From contig JBMNFY010000010.1 of assembly GCA_050949565.1 (NCBI GenBank), positions 352,611 through 416,610 of the forward strand: a stretch of DNA of 64,000 nucleotides. Direction: 5' to 3'. The stretch comes from Kiritimatiellia bacterium. Lineage in GTDB: Bacteria > Verrucomicrobiota > Kiritimatiellia > RFP12 > UBA1067. The notes beneath the pieces were generated by a model. It saw only the letters and a list, made by a program, of their open reading frames with translations, made no database searches and was not told the origin of the DNA. Every line of letters begins with the position of its first letter. Position 1 is the first letter of the stretch. The position numbers were made by a program, and so were the translations under genes. Shown piece after piece: positions 9,213 to 17,278 of this stretch.

Positions 9213-10715
9213 ATGAGACAGAGTAGGCCTATTCGCAAAACGTTTCCGATCAATGCGATGCTGGAGGGGCGTCCCGTTGTGGTCGTGGGAGGGGGACGTG
9301 TCGGACAGCGGAAAGTGGAGTTGCTGTTGGATGCCGACGCCGACGTGACGTTGGTGTGTCCGGAGTGTGTCGAAGAACTGGCAGCCCTGGCGCGCGCGGG
9401 ACGCATCCGCCACACCTGCCGCCCGTTCCAAGATGCGGATGTTACGACGCAGGCACTGGTATTTGCCTGTACCGACGACAAGCATGTCAACCGGCGTGTC
9501 TTGGAAGTCGCGCAGGCAGCACGCGTGCCGTGTTGTTGCGCGGACGGTAACTGGGCGGACGGTGACCTTGTGACACCGGCAGTTCTGCGCACTGGCGATA
9601 TTACAATCGCGGTCTCCACCAGCGGCAAATCATGCCGGCAGTCGCGCCTGATCAAGGATAACCTGCGTAAGCATCTCGACTCCATCGAAAGCTCGGATCT
9701 GCTGGTGCTCGGTACCAGCCACGAGTATCTCGCTGCGGAGGAGCGCGCACCTTATCACCTTGCAACCCGCGAGCGTGAACTGCTGGGCGGCATGATCCGT
9801 CAGGTCTGGGGGGTGCATGAGTTCCTGATCCTCAACACCTGCAACCGCATTGAGATCGTGGCTGCGGTTTCGCGGGAGGTTGCGACCAGTGGCATTCTGC
9901 ACCGATTGTTGCGCTTGGATCAACTCCGCCCCGATCTCTATTACATGAAACATGGTTTCGATGCTTTTGCGCACCTCTGCTTGGTGACAGCCGGCATGGA
10001 TTCGCAGACCCCCGGCGAAAGTCACGTGGTATCGCAACTGAAAGAAGCGGTCGATGAGGCCGTCACGTTCGGCTGGGCTGGTTCGATCATCCGCGAATTG
10101 GCCGACGCCGCGCTGCACGTCTCCAAGGACATCCACCACGAGGTCGATCCGTTGATGGACATCGCGGAGATCGAAGAGGTGGCGCTACGCTATCTCGAGT
10201 ATAAGCTGCCCGGTTTGTCGCGCCGCCGCGTGTTGGTGATCGGCAGCGGAATGGTCGGGCAGGGGGTCGTCGCGGGGCTACTCGCGCGCGGCTGCGACTG
10301 CGACTGGGCCTACTTCCGCAATGCACCCGCAGTGAGTGGGGAGGAGGCGCAACGCGTACGGGTGGTGCAACTCGACCAGTTGGGCGACGTGCTTCCAGAA
10401 GCAGAAGCGATCGTGAGCGCGGTGGATGTGCGCGAGCCGGTTCTTACCGTTGCCAAACATGCCGCACGCCTGAATCCCCAAGGCGTTGTGATGGTCGATC
10501 TCGGCATGCCGCATAACATTGATCCGGCTTTTGACCGGTGTGGTGGCGCCATCCATGTGGCCGATCTTGATGTCTTGAAGCACTGGTACCGCTCCGCGAA
10601 CGGTACGCTCGACAAAATCCTGGAGGCCTGCCGCGCGATCCTCGCCGATCACCGCAGCATTTACGAACGCATGCGCCTCAGCATCCAAGGAGAGGCCAAT
10701 GGGAGAAATTGTTGA
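9213..10715 (+). CDS. hemA: Fusion of precorrin-2 dehydrogenase/ferrochelatase (SirC/CysG N-terminal) and glutamyl-tRNA reductase
   Basis: N-terminal VVVGGGRVGQRK, ACTDD..VN, IAVSTSGKS (CysG-B); C-terminal LNTCNRIE (catalytic Cys), GESHVVSQLKEA, VLVIGSGMVG, DLGMPHNID (GluTR). Confidence 0.85.
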   Translation: MRQSRPIRKTFPINAMLEGRPVVVVGGGRVGQRKVELLLDADADVTLVCPECVEELAALARAGRIRHTCRPFQDADVTTQALVFACTDDKHVNRRVLEVAQAARVPCCCADGNWADGDLVTPAVLRTGDITIAVSTSGKSCRQSRLIKDNLRKHLDSIESSDLLVLGTSHEYLAAEERAPYHLATRERELLGGMIRQVWGVHEFLILNTCNRIEIVAAVSREVATSGILHRLLRLDQLRPDLYYMKHGFDAFAHLCLVTAGMDSQTPGESHVVSQLKEAVDEAVTFGWAGSIIRELADAALHVSKDIHHEVDPLMDIAEIEEVALRYLEYKLPGLSRRRVLVIGSGMVGQGVVAGLLARGCDCDWAYFRNAPAVSGEEAQRVRVVQLDQLGDVLPEAEAIVSAVDVREPVLTVAKHAARLNPQGVVMVDLGMPHNIDPAFDRCGGAIHVADLDVLKHWYRSANGTLDKILEACRAILADHRSIYERMRLSIQGEANGRNC

Positions 10716-10729
10716 AAAGGGGAGCAGAG

Positions 10730-11161
10730 AGTCGGGAGCGCGGGCGTCCCCGCCCGCAACAACGTGTCTTGCGAAAGACTGATGCGCAGATTCCCCCGTT
10801 GCGATTTATGTTTTGACCTGATTTCCCGCTGCGCGGGCGCATAAACGACATGACTGACCTGATTGACATGATTTGGAGGGCGAGTGTCCCCACGAGCCGC
10901 CGGAGCAAAACAATGGAGGGCGAGTGTCCCCACGAGCCGCTTTCCGCTGTGCGGAAAGATGGTTTCGGGTTCCATTGCGGAGCAACGGGAGGGACGAGCG
11001 TCTGCTCGTCCGCGGGCAAGCAGACGCTTGCCCCTCCCGGCGGCGGTCACGCCGCCACCCCAAAAACCTCTGCGTCTCTGCGTCTCTGCGTTAAAAAAAC
11101 GTTCAACTCTCAACGCTCAACGCTCAACTTTCTGCGGGCGGGGACGCCCGCGCTCCCGACT
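10730..11161. repeat. Mosaic intergenic repeat block bounded by a perfect 29-bp inverted repeat
   Basis: agtcgggagcgcgggcgtccccgcccgca (10730-10758) and its exact reverse complement (11133-11161). Inside: 27-bp direct repeat (10874, 10914), 49-bp REP doublet (10987-11035, identical at 57575-57623), CTCTGCGT octamers, CTCAACG heptamers. Confidence 0.85.
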
Positions 11162-11252
11162 GCGCATACACAAAACACGCTCTCGACTTGCATGCCCCTT
11201 GTCACCAACGATTACGAAAGGTCTGCATCAGACAGACACAATACGCCGCAAC

Positions 11253-13397
11253 ATGTGTAAAAATACAACCTTAAAAACAGGGACACGCGGTAGTGCGTTG
11301 GCGGTGTTGCAGACGCAGAGCGCGCTCGAACGCCTCGCCACGTTGTTTCCGGCGCTGACCTTTGAGACGGTCACGGTTGACACCCCCGGCGACCGTGATT
11401 TGGCGACCGACCTGCGCGTCAGCCCGCCGGATTTTTTCACGCGCGATTTGGATGACGCTTTGCGCGAGGGGCATATCGATCTGGCCGTACACAGCGCCAA
11501 GGACCTGCCCGATCCGTTTCCTGATGATCTTGATTGGTTTTGGTTGCCCTGGGGTGAGGACCCGCGCGATGCGTGGGTTCTGCCGCAAGGTAAAACGTGG
11601 ACTGACCTGCCGGAGAAGCCGGTGGTGGGGGTCAGTAGCGAGCGTCGCGCGGCCTGTACGCTGCGCCGCTTTCCGCAAGCGGTGCTCAAGCCGATCCGCG
11701 GCGCGATCCCTTCGCGTCTGGAGCAGCTCGACGCCGGCAGCTATGACGCCCTGCTGATGGCTGGCGCGGCGCTGAACCGGCTCGGCCTGGAAGCACGCGT
11801 GAGCGAGTGGATACCGCTTTCAGAACTGCCGGTGCCCGCCGGCCAGGGACGGCTGGCGGTGACCTTCCGACTGGGCGATCCGGTGCTGTCTGCGCTGCGC
11901 GCCTATTTCGTCAAAGCCGTACGCTTTGTCGGCGCGGGTGTGGGGTCGGCCGATTATTGCACATGGGGCGGCATCAAGGCGTTGCGCCATGCGGAAGTAT
12001 GCCTGTATGACGTGCTGATGGACGATCATCTGCTGACCTTCCTACCGGAGAATGCGGAAAAGATTTTCGTGGGCAAGCGCTGCGGCGAACATACCGTGCG
12101 TCAGCCGGACATCACCGCGCTGATCGCGGATTTTGCCAGACAGGGCAAGCGGGTGGTGCGTCTGAAAGGCGGTGACCCGGGGCTGTTCGGACGGCTGGCC
12201 GAGGAGACCGACGAGTTGGATCGGCTCGCGCTGCCCTACCGTGTGTTGGCGGGGGTCAGTGCCTTGACGGTGGCCACCACGCCGACCGGCATGCTGTTGA
12301 CGCGGCGCGGTGTCGCACGCGGTTTCACGGCCTTGACGCCGCGCGCCGAGGGCGGCGCGGTGGCGGGCGTTTCCCAAGACGTGCGGCAGAAATTGCCGCT
12401 GGTGCTCTTTATGTCGGTGCGTGTCGCGGACGCGATGGCCGGTGATCTGTTGGAGGAGGGCTGGGATGCCGATACACCGGTCGCGGTCATCTTTAACGCG
12501 GGCGCGGATGACGAGACGGTCTGCCGCACCACCTTGTCAGCTCTGCGTGCGGGTACCGCAGAACTGCCGCAGACCGATGCCCCCGGACTGCTGGTGATCG
12601 GCCCGCCTGCCGCTACCGCCTTCCGTCGCGACACCGGCGCATTGCGCGGGTGCCGGGTCTTGGTGACGTGTAGCGAGGCGCTGCTTGAAAAGGCGGCCGT
12701 GCGGATCATCGATTTCGGCGGTGTGCCGCTCTTGAAGCCAATGATCCGCCTCACACCCTGCGCGGCGGCGACGACGGCCGTTGAACGGCTGGCGACCTAC
12801 GACTGGCTGGTGCTGACCTCGCCCTCCGCCGTCCATTTCCTGGTGGCGATGGCGCGTGACGTCCGTCTCGACTGGCGATGCATGCCGAAGCTGATGGCAT
12901 GCGGCCCCGGCAGTGCCGCAGCATTTGAAAGCCATGGTTTCACGCCGGAGTTGACTCCGCCGATGGATTACAGCGCCGAAGGGTTGACGGCGCTCCTGCG
13001 CGAGTATGATTTTACCGGACAGTCGGTGTTGCGCCTGCGTTCCGCGAAGGCGGGGCCGCTACTGGCGGAGGTCTTGCGCACTCAGGGTGCTCAGGTCGAT
13101 GACGTGCAACTCTACACCAACGAACCGATCGTCTATCCACAGTTGCCAGCGTTCGACGCCGTCTTCTTCGCCAGCGCTTCAGCCGTGGAGGCGTTCATCG
13201 CGCAGGCGGGAGTTGCCGCCTTAACGGACAAGACGGTGGTGACGATCGGCAAGCCCACAGCCGCCGCGCTGACGGCGCATGGACGCGCACCCGACGTGGT
13301 GGCCGCCGAGGCTACGGTCGACGGCGCGATCGAAGCGCTGGCGAGGGAAGAAGTAATAGGTGATAGGCAAGAGGTGAATTTAGGATTTAGGAGGTAG
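11253..13397 (+). CDS. hemC: Triple fusion: hydroxymethylbilane synthase (domains 1-2 only), uroporphyrinogen-III C-methyltransferase (CobA) and uroporphyrinogen-III synthase (HemD)
   Basis: Start reassigned to ATG 11253 because the upstream ORF extension is repeat DNA. HemC: GTRGSALA..Q, VHSAKDLP, EDPRD, GQG. CobA: VGAG.G, VGKR, RLKGGDP.LFGR..EE, GVS. HemD: WLVLTSPSAV, G...A, V.LY, FASASAV, IG..TA. Confidence 0.85.
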   Translation: MCKNTTLKTGTRGSALAVLQTQSALERLATLFPALTFETVTVDTPGDRDLATDLRVSPPDFFTRDLDDALREGHIDLAVHSAKDLPDPFPDDLDWFWLPWGEDPRDAWVLPQGKTWTDLPEKPVVGVSSERRAACTLRRFPQAVLKPIRGAIPSRLEQLDAGSYDALLMAGAALNRLGLEARVSEWIPLSELPVPAGQGRLAVTFRLGDPVLSALRAYFVKAVRFVGAGVGSADYCTWGGIKALRHAEVCLYDVLMDDHLLTFLPENAEKIFVGKRCGEHTVRQPDITALIADFARQGKRVVRLKGGDPGLFGRLAEETDELDRLALPYRVLAGVSALTVATTPTGMLLTRRGVARGFTALTPRAEGGAVAGVSQDVRQKLPLVLFMSVRVADAMAGDLLEEGWDADTPVAVIFNAGADDETVCRTTLSALRAGTAELPQTDAPGLLVIGPPAATAFRRDTGALRGCRVLVTCSEALLEKAAVRIIDFGGVPLLKPMIRLTPCAAATTAVERLATYDWLVLTSPSAVHFLVAMARDVRLDWRCMPKLMACGPGSAAAFESHGFTPELTPPMDYSAEGLTALLREYDFTGQSVLRLRSAKAGPLLAEVLRTQGAQVDDVQLYTNEPIVYPQLPAFDAVFFASASAVEAFIAQAGVAALTDKTVVTIGKPTAAALTAHGRAPDVVAAEATVDGAIEALAREEVIGDRQEVNLGFRR

Positions 13398-13586
13398 GAT
13401 TTAGGAGGTATGTCTACCAACTCCTAATTCCTAATTCCTTGCCTATAACTTGAGCGTTAAAAGTTGAGCGTTGAGCGTTAAACGTTTTTTTAACTCTGAA
13501 CGCTGAACGTCGAACTCTGAACGCTGAAGTCGAAAACTCCTAACTCCTAAATCCTAAATGCTAACTCCGCGCGTAGCGCGGCCGCG
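13350..13586. repeat. Nested inverted heptamer arrays (TAGGA../..CTCCTAA; TTGAGCG/CTGAACG) between convergent genes
   Basis: taggatttaggaggtaggatttaggagg ... ctcctaattcctaattcc; tgagcgtt..gagcgttgagcgtt ... ctgaacgctgaacg; ctcctaactcctaaatcctaaat; ends with ccgcgcgtagcgcgg. Confidence 0.8.
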
Positions 13587-15566
13587 CTAGTGCGCTTGTC
13601 GTACATTAAGCAGCAGTACGCCGTGTCCCGGAAGTTCCGCCGTGAAGGTATCGGCGGTGATGACGCCGAGGTCTTTCTGACGCCAGAGGTCCCGCAGGCG
13701 CTGCGGGCCTTTCAGCCCGAGCGATGCAAACGGCAGCGTGACGGTGCGGGTCAGGCAACCTCGGTTGAAGAGCCCTGCGACGGTACTGCCGTCCGACATT
13801 GTTTTTGCCCAGATTTCCTGTGCGTCGTCGTGCTGCACGCACACCGCTTGCCGCCCCAGCGGATCTTGGTTGACCTCCAGTACTTCATCATTGGTCAGCA
13901 GGTTTAGGGTGAAGGGATCGAGTTGTGTCAGGTCGCAACCGAGCAGCAGCGGCGAGGCGAGCAGGCACCAGTATGAGATGTGGCTGTACTGTTCGTTTGG
14001 CGTGAGGCGTGTCGGGTGCGGCGTTCCCCATCCGACAGTGCCGACCACCAGCATGTCGAGATCATTCCAAGCGCCGGGCTCGGCGAACAGCTCGAAGCCC
14101 TCCTGCGCTCGCACGATCCCGATCACGCTCTCCCACGTGTCCACGATGTCGTGCGTGGTGCGCCAGCACTGCCCGCCGACTCTTGCGCCCCAGGCCGGCA
14201 CATGCCCCATGCCGTACTGGCAGAGGCTGAATAGTAGATCGCGTGGCTGTGCGCGCAACGCCCGGTTCATCACGCGATAGGGACGCATCAACTCGCTAAG
14301 CGAATCGTCGCGGGCGCGTTGTGCATAGCTGCACCAATCGTACTTCAAATAATCAAAGCCCCATTCGGCATAAGTTTGCGCATCCTGCACTTCGTGACCC
14401 CAGCTTCCAACACATCCGCCGCATGTGGTTGAGCCCGGCGACGAGTAGATGCCGATTTTGAGGCCGAGCCGATGGACATCGCGGCAGAGCGCTGCCATGT
14501 CAGGAAAACGTGCGTTGGGCAGGATGCGTCCGGCGCTGTCGCGTGCCGGTCCCATGAGCGAGGTGTCGGTGCGTTCGCCCGGCGAGGTCTGCCAATAGTC
14601 GTCGATATTGACATAGCTCCAGCCGTGTCGGATCAAGCCGCTTTCGACCATGGCCTGCGCGGCGGTGCGGATGTTGGCATCCGAAACCGTGTGCGCGAAA
14701 CAGTTCCACGAGTTCCAGCCCATCGGCGGCGTGAGTGCGATGCGTTCACCGACCTCCAAGCGCCACTCGCGTTCGGCGGTGCCGTGCGCATTGGTGGCGC
14801 GGAAGGTCACGCGGTAGCTGCCCGCCTCGGCGACCGATCCTGTGATCAGGCCGCGCGTGCCATCCAGCGCAAGGCCCTCCGGCAGTCCGTCCACCGTCAG
14901 GGTGAAGGGCGGCTCGCCGCTGACCGGGATGGTGAAGAGCACGGGACGGCCGGGACGTACGCCGAAGACGCGCGCGCCGTTGATGCGCGGTACCTTTGAC
15001 GGTTTCGGCGTCAGGATGCCCATTTGCTCCGTCGGCGGACGCGGCAACGGCTTCAGAACCGCGCCGTCACGCACCGTGAAAAAGGCGTCGCACCAGTCGG
15101 CGTGATCGTGTGTGCTGCCGTCGCCGGCGTCTGAGACCTCCAGCACGACCACCTTGGCACCAGCCAGTTCCGCCGTCAAGTTGTGCGCGGGCTGCCGGGC
15201 ATGCCGTACGCCGGAATCGGCCACGAGCCGGCCGTCGGCGTACACGCGGAAAATGGCGGAACCCCGACCGCGGATCAGTGCTTCGTCATCCATGCCGACC
15301 TGTGCCTCGAAGCGCAATGCCTCGCCGCCGGTCTCGATCGCGAACCAACTCGGCGCGTGCGTGCCGACACCGCGCTCAAACTTTTTCCGTGCGATTTTCA
15401 GGGGACTGCCGCCGACCGCCTGGCGTGCGAGGGGATGCTCCCAACCGCAGCTCATATAGGCAAGATCCAGCTCGTCAAGCCAGACGCGCGTCTGCGCCCT
15501 GACAGCCAAGCCCGGCACGAGCATGAGAGCGAGAAGCATGAAACACGAAAAGGGACTCTTTAACAT
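13587..15566 (-). CDS. GH27 alpha-galactosidase with NPCBM/NEW2 and Ig-like domains, secreted
   Basis: GVGTHA...HADW (NPCBM); TPPMGWNSWN, YVNIDD.W, GIYS, DYLKYDWC, WRTT.DI, WNDLDML.VG, LASPLLLGCD, NQDPLG. Confidence 0.92.
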   Translation of the reverse strand: MLKSPFSCFMLLALMLVPGLAVRAQTRVWLDELDLAYMSCGWEHPLARQAVGGSPLKIARKKFERGVGTHAPSWFAIETGGEALRFEAQVGMDDEALIRGRGSAIFRVYADGRLVADSGVRHARQPAHNLTAELAGAKVVVLEVSDAGDGSTHDHADWCDAFFTVRDGAVLKPLPRPPTEQMGILTPKPSKVPRINGARVFGVRPGRPVLFTIPVSGEPPFTLTVDGLPEGLALDGTRGLITGSVAEAGSYRVTFRATNAHGTAEREWRLEVGERIALTPPMGWNSWNCFAHTVSDANIRTAAQAMVESGLIRHGWSYVNIDDYWQTSPGERTDTSLMGPARDSAGRILPNARFPDMAALCRDVHRLGLKIGIYSSPGSTTCGGCVGSWGHEVQDAQTYAEWGFDYLKYDWCSYAQRARDDSLSELMRPYRVMNRALRAQPRDLLFSLCQYGMGHVPAWGARVGGQCWRTTHDIVDTWESVIGIVRAQEGFELFAEPGAWNDLDMLVVGTVGWGTPHPTRLTPNEQYSHISYWCLLASPLLLGCDLTQLDPFTLNLLTNDEVLEVNQDPLGRQAVCVQHDDAQEIWAKTMSDGSTVAGLFNRGCLTRTVTLPFASLGLKGPQRLRDLWRQKDLGVITADTFTAELPGHGVLLLNVRQAH

Positions 15567-15571
15567 AGCAA

Positions 15572-17044
15572 TTAAGTTACTGGGGGAAGACAATGCGGTA
15601 GAAGCGCGAGGGGGTCAGGGTCGATGAAGTCGAGGGTGCCGGAGGCGGGGATAACGGTGTCGGAGAGGGGGAGCCAGTGGGGGGACATGAGGCTGTCGCT
15701 GGCTTGGATGCGGACGGGGATGCTGGCGTTGCCGGTGAGCGTAAAGGCAAATACCCCGGAGGCGAGTGACGTCGAACTGAAGGCGGGGTTCCAGCAGACG
15801 GCGGGACGCCCGGCAAAGGAAGATGACCAGCCAGTTGTACCGGGAAGGTAATAGAGCGTGGCGGGGGCACTGTAGAACACGGTGGTATTCATTGCCGGGG
15901 CATTGCCAGTGAAGAGAACGGAAGTGAGGGATGTGCAGTGTTCGAAGGCGTAACTGCCGATGGATGTGACACTGTCGGGGATGGTGACGGAGGTAAGGAG
16001 GGCGCGGGAGACGAAGGCGCCGTCAGCGATGGCGGTGACGAGAAGTCCGTTTAATACCGCTGGAAGGGGAAGGTGGCCGGTATACCCCCACCCATCATCA
16101 TTGAGACCGGTGATCGTGATTTGTGTACCATTGGAACTGTACAAGAGCGGGACCAGTTTGGTTGGGAGCCCTGCGGCGGTCTCAGACCACCCGGTGGTGT
16201 CGGGAAGGTAATAGAGCGTGTTTGTGGCGTGAGTGTTGTCGAATGTGTTGTCTTGAATGGTCGGGAGGTCGCCGGTGAAGAGGACGGATGTGAGGTTGGT
16301 GCATCCAGCGAAGGCGTAGCTGCCTATGTTTGTTATATCACTGGGGATAATGATGTCGGAGAGGGCGGAGCAGTCGTAGAAGGCTTCGTCGCTGATGTTT
16401 GTGAGACTCTCTGGAAGAGTGACGGATGTGAGGTTGATGCAACCATAGAAGGCTCTGGGGCCGATAGATGTGACGGGACATCCGTCCAATATCGTCGGGA
16501 GAGGGATGTGGCCTACGTACCGATGATCAAGATCCGTGATTGTGATTTGCGTACCGTCCGAACTGTACCAAAGCGGAATCAGTTTGGTTGGGCGCTCCGC
16601 GACGGTCTCCGACCATCCGGTGGTTTCGGGAAGATAGTAGAGTGTAGCGGGAGTGTTATCGAATGAGTTGTCTTGGATGGTCGGGGCGTTGCTGGTGAAA
16701 AGGATGGTGGTGAGATTGGTGCAACCGGCGAAGGCGCAATTACCGATGTTTGTAACGCTGTCAGGGATGGTGACATCGGTGAGGGCGGTGCGGTTGCGGA
16801 AGGCATCGTCGCCGATGGAAATGACAGGACAACCGCCCAGTTCGTTGGTGATGGATAAATTGCCCGAGCAGGTGCTGTCGAAGTCAGTGATGGTGGCTTG
16901 GCCGTCGCTGACGGTGTAGGTGTAGGGGCCGAAGGTGTCGGCGGGTAAGACAAAGGGGATGAGCAACGCGAGATGCGCAAACGCCAAGCTGCGAATGCGC
17001 AGTGAACGGAGCGAGCATGTGAAGCGGGATGCTGTGTGTTTCAT
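15572..17044 (-). CDS. BspA-type leucine-rich repeat (LRR_5) surface protein with three internal repeat units; C-terminal frameshift likely
   Basis: Start ATG 17044 with GAAAGGA RBS; LT.VTIPDSVTSIG..AF..C repeats; three units ending LYYLP.TTGWS; RFYRIVFPQ* lies in an alternate frame ending 15577. Confidence 0.85.
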   Translation of the reverse strand: MKHTASRFTCSLRSLRIRSLAFAHLALLIPFVLPADTFGPYTYTVSDGQATITDFDSTCSGNLSITNELGGCPVISIGDDAFRNRTALTDVTIPDSVTNIGNCAFAGCTNLTTILFTSNAPTIQDNSFDNTPATLYYLPETTGWSETVAERPTKLIPLWYSSDGTQITITDLDHRYVGHIPLPTILDGCPVTSIGPRAFYGCINLTSVTLPESLTNISDEAFYDCSALSDIIIPSDITNIGSYAFAGCTNLTSVLFTGDLPTIQDNTFDNTHATNTLYYLPDTTGWSETAAGLPTKLVPLLYSSNGTQITITGLNDDGWGYTGHLPLPAVLNGLLVTAIADGAFVSRALLTSVTIPDSVTSIGSYAFEHCTSLTSVLFTGNAPAMNTTVFYSAPATLYYLPGTTGWSSSFAGRPAVCWNPAFSSTSLASGVFAFTLTGNASIPVRIQASDSLMSPHWLPLSDTVIPASGTLDFIDPDPLALLPHCLPPVT

Positions 17045-17074
17045 GGCCGTCCTTTCGATTAGTGGATGTATGGT

Positions 17075-17104
17075 ATGGTAAGACGGGGGGACGGGGGGAT
17101 GCAA
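17075..17104 (-). promoter_or_regulatory. Putative promoter for the BspA-like gene
   Basis: Minus strand TTGCAT-N18-TACCAT. Confidence 0.35.
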
Positions 17105-17214
17105 GGGGAAAAGAACGAAAGGACGCCGAGCAGGAACAGCCAATGAGTTTATTAGTGCCTTATTGGCTTTATCGGTCGGCACGGCACTAATGAACTAAAA
17201 CAGGGTGTTTGCGC

Positions 17215-17243
17215 TTGAAGAATGGGGGGGCGTTCATTATAGT
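17215..17243 (+). promoter_or_regulatory. Putative sigma70 promoter of the two-component operon
   Basis: TTGAAG-N17-TATAGT. Confidence 0.5.
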
Positions 17244-17278
17244 GTGTGTCAAATAGACACAGAAGTGAAGTGGCGTGC

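Noticed and set aside
10874-10940. 27-bp direct repeat pair as a mini-CRISPR
   Set aside because: Only two copies with a 13-nt gap, embedded in a REP mosaic
10884-11252. 123-aa N-terminal extension of the HemC fusion in the ORF track
   Set aside because: Translated repeat DNA; HemC homology starts at MCKNTTLKTGTRGS (11253)
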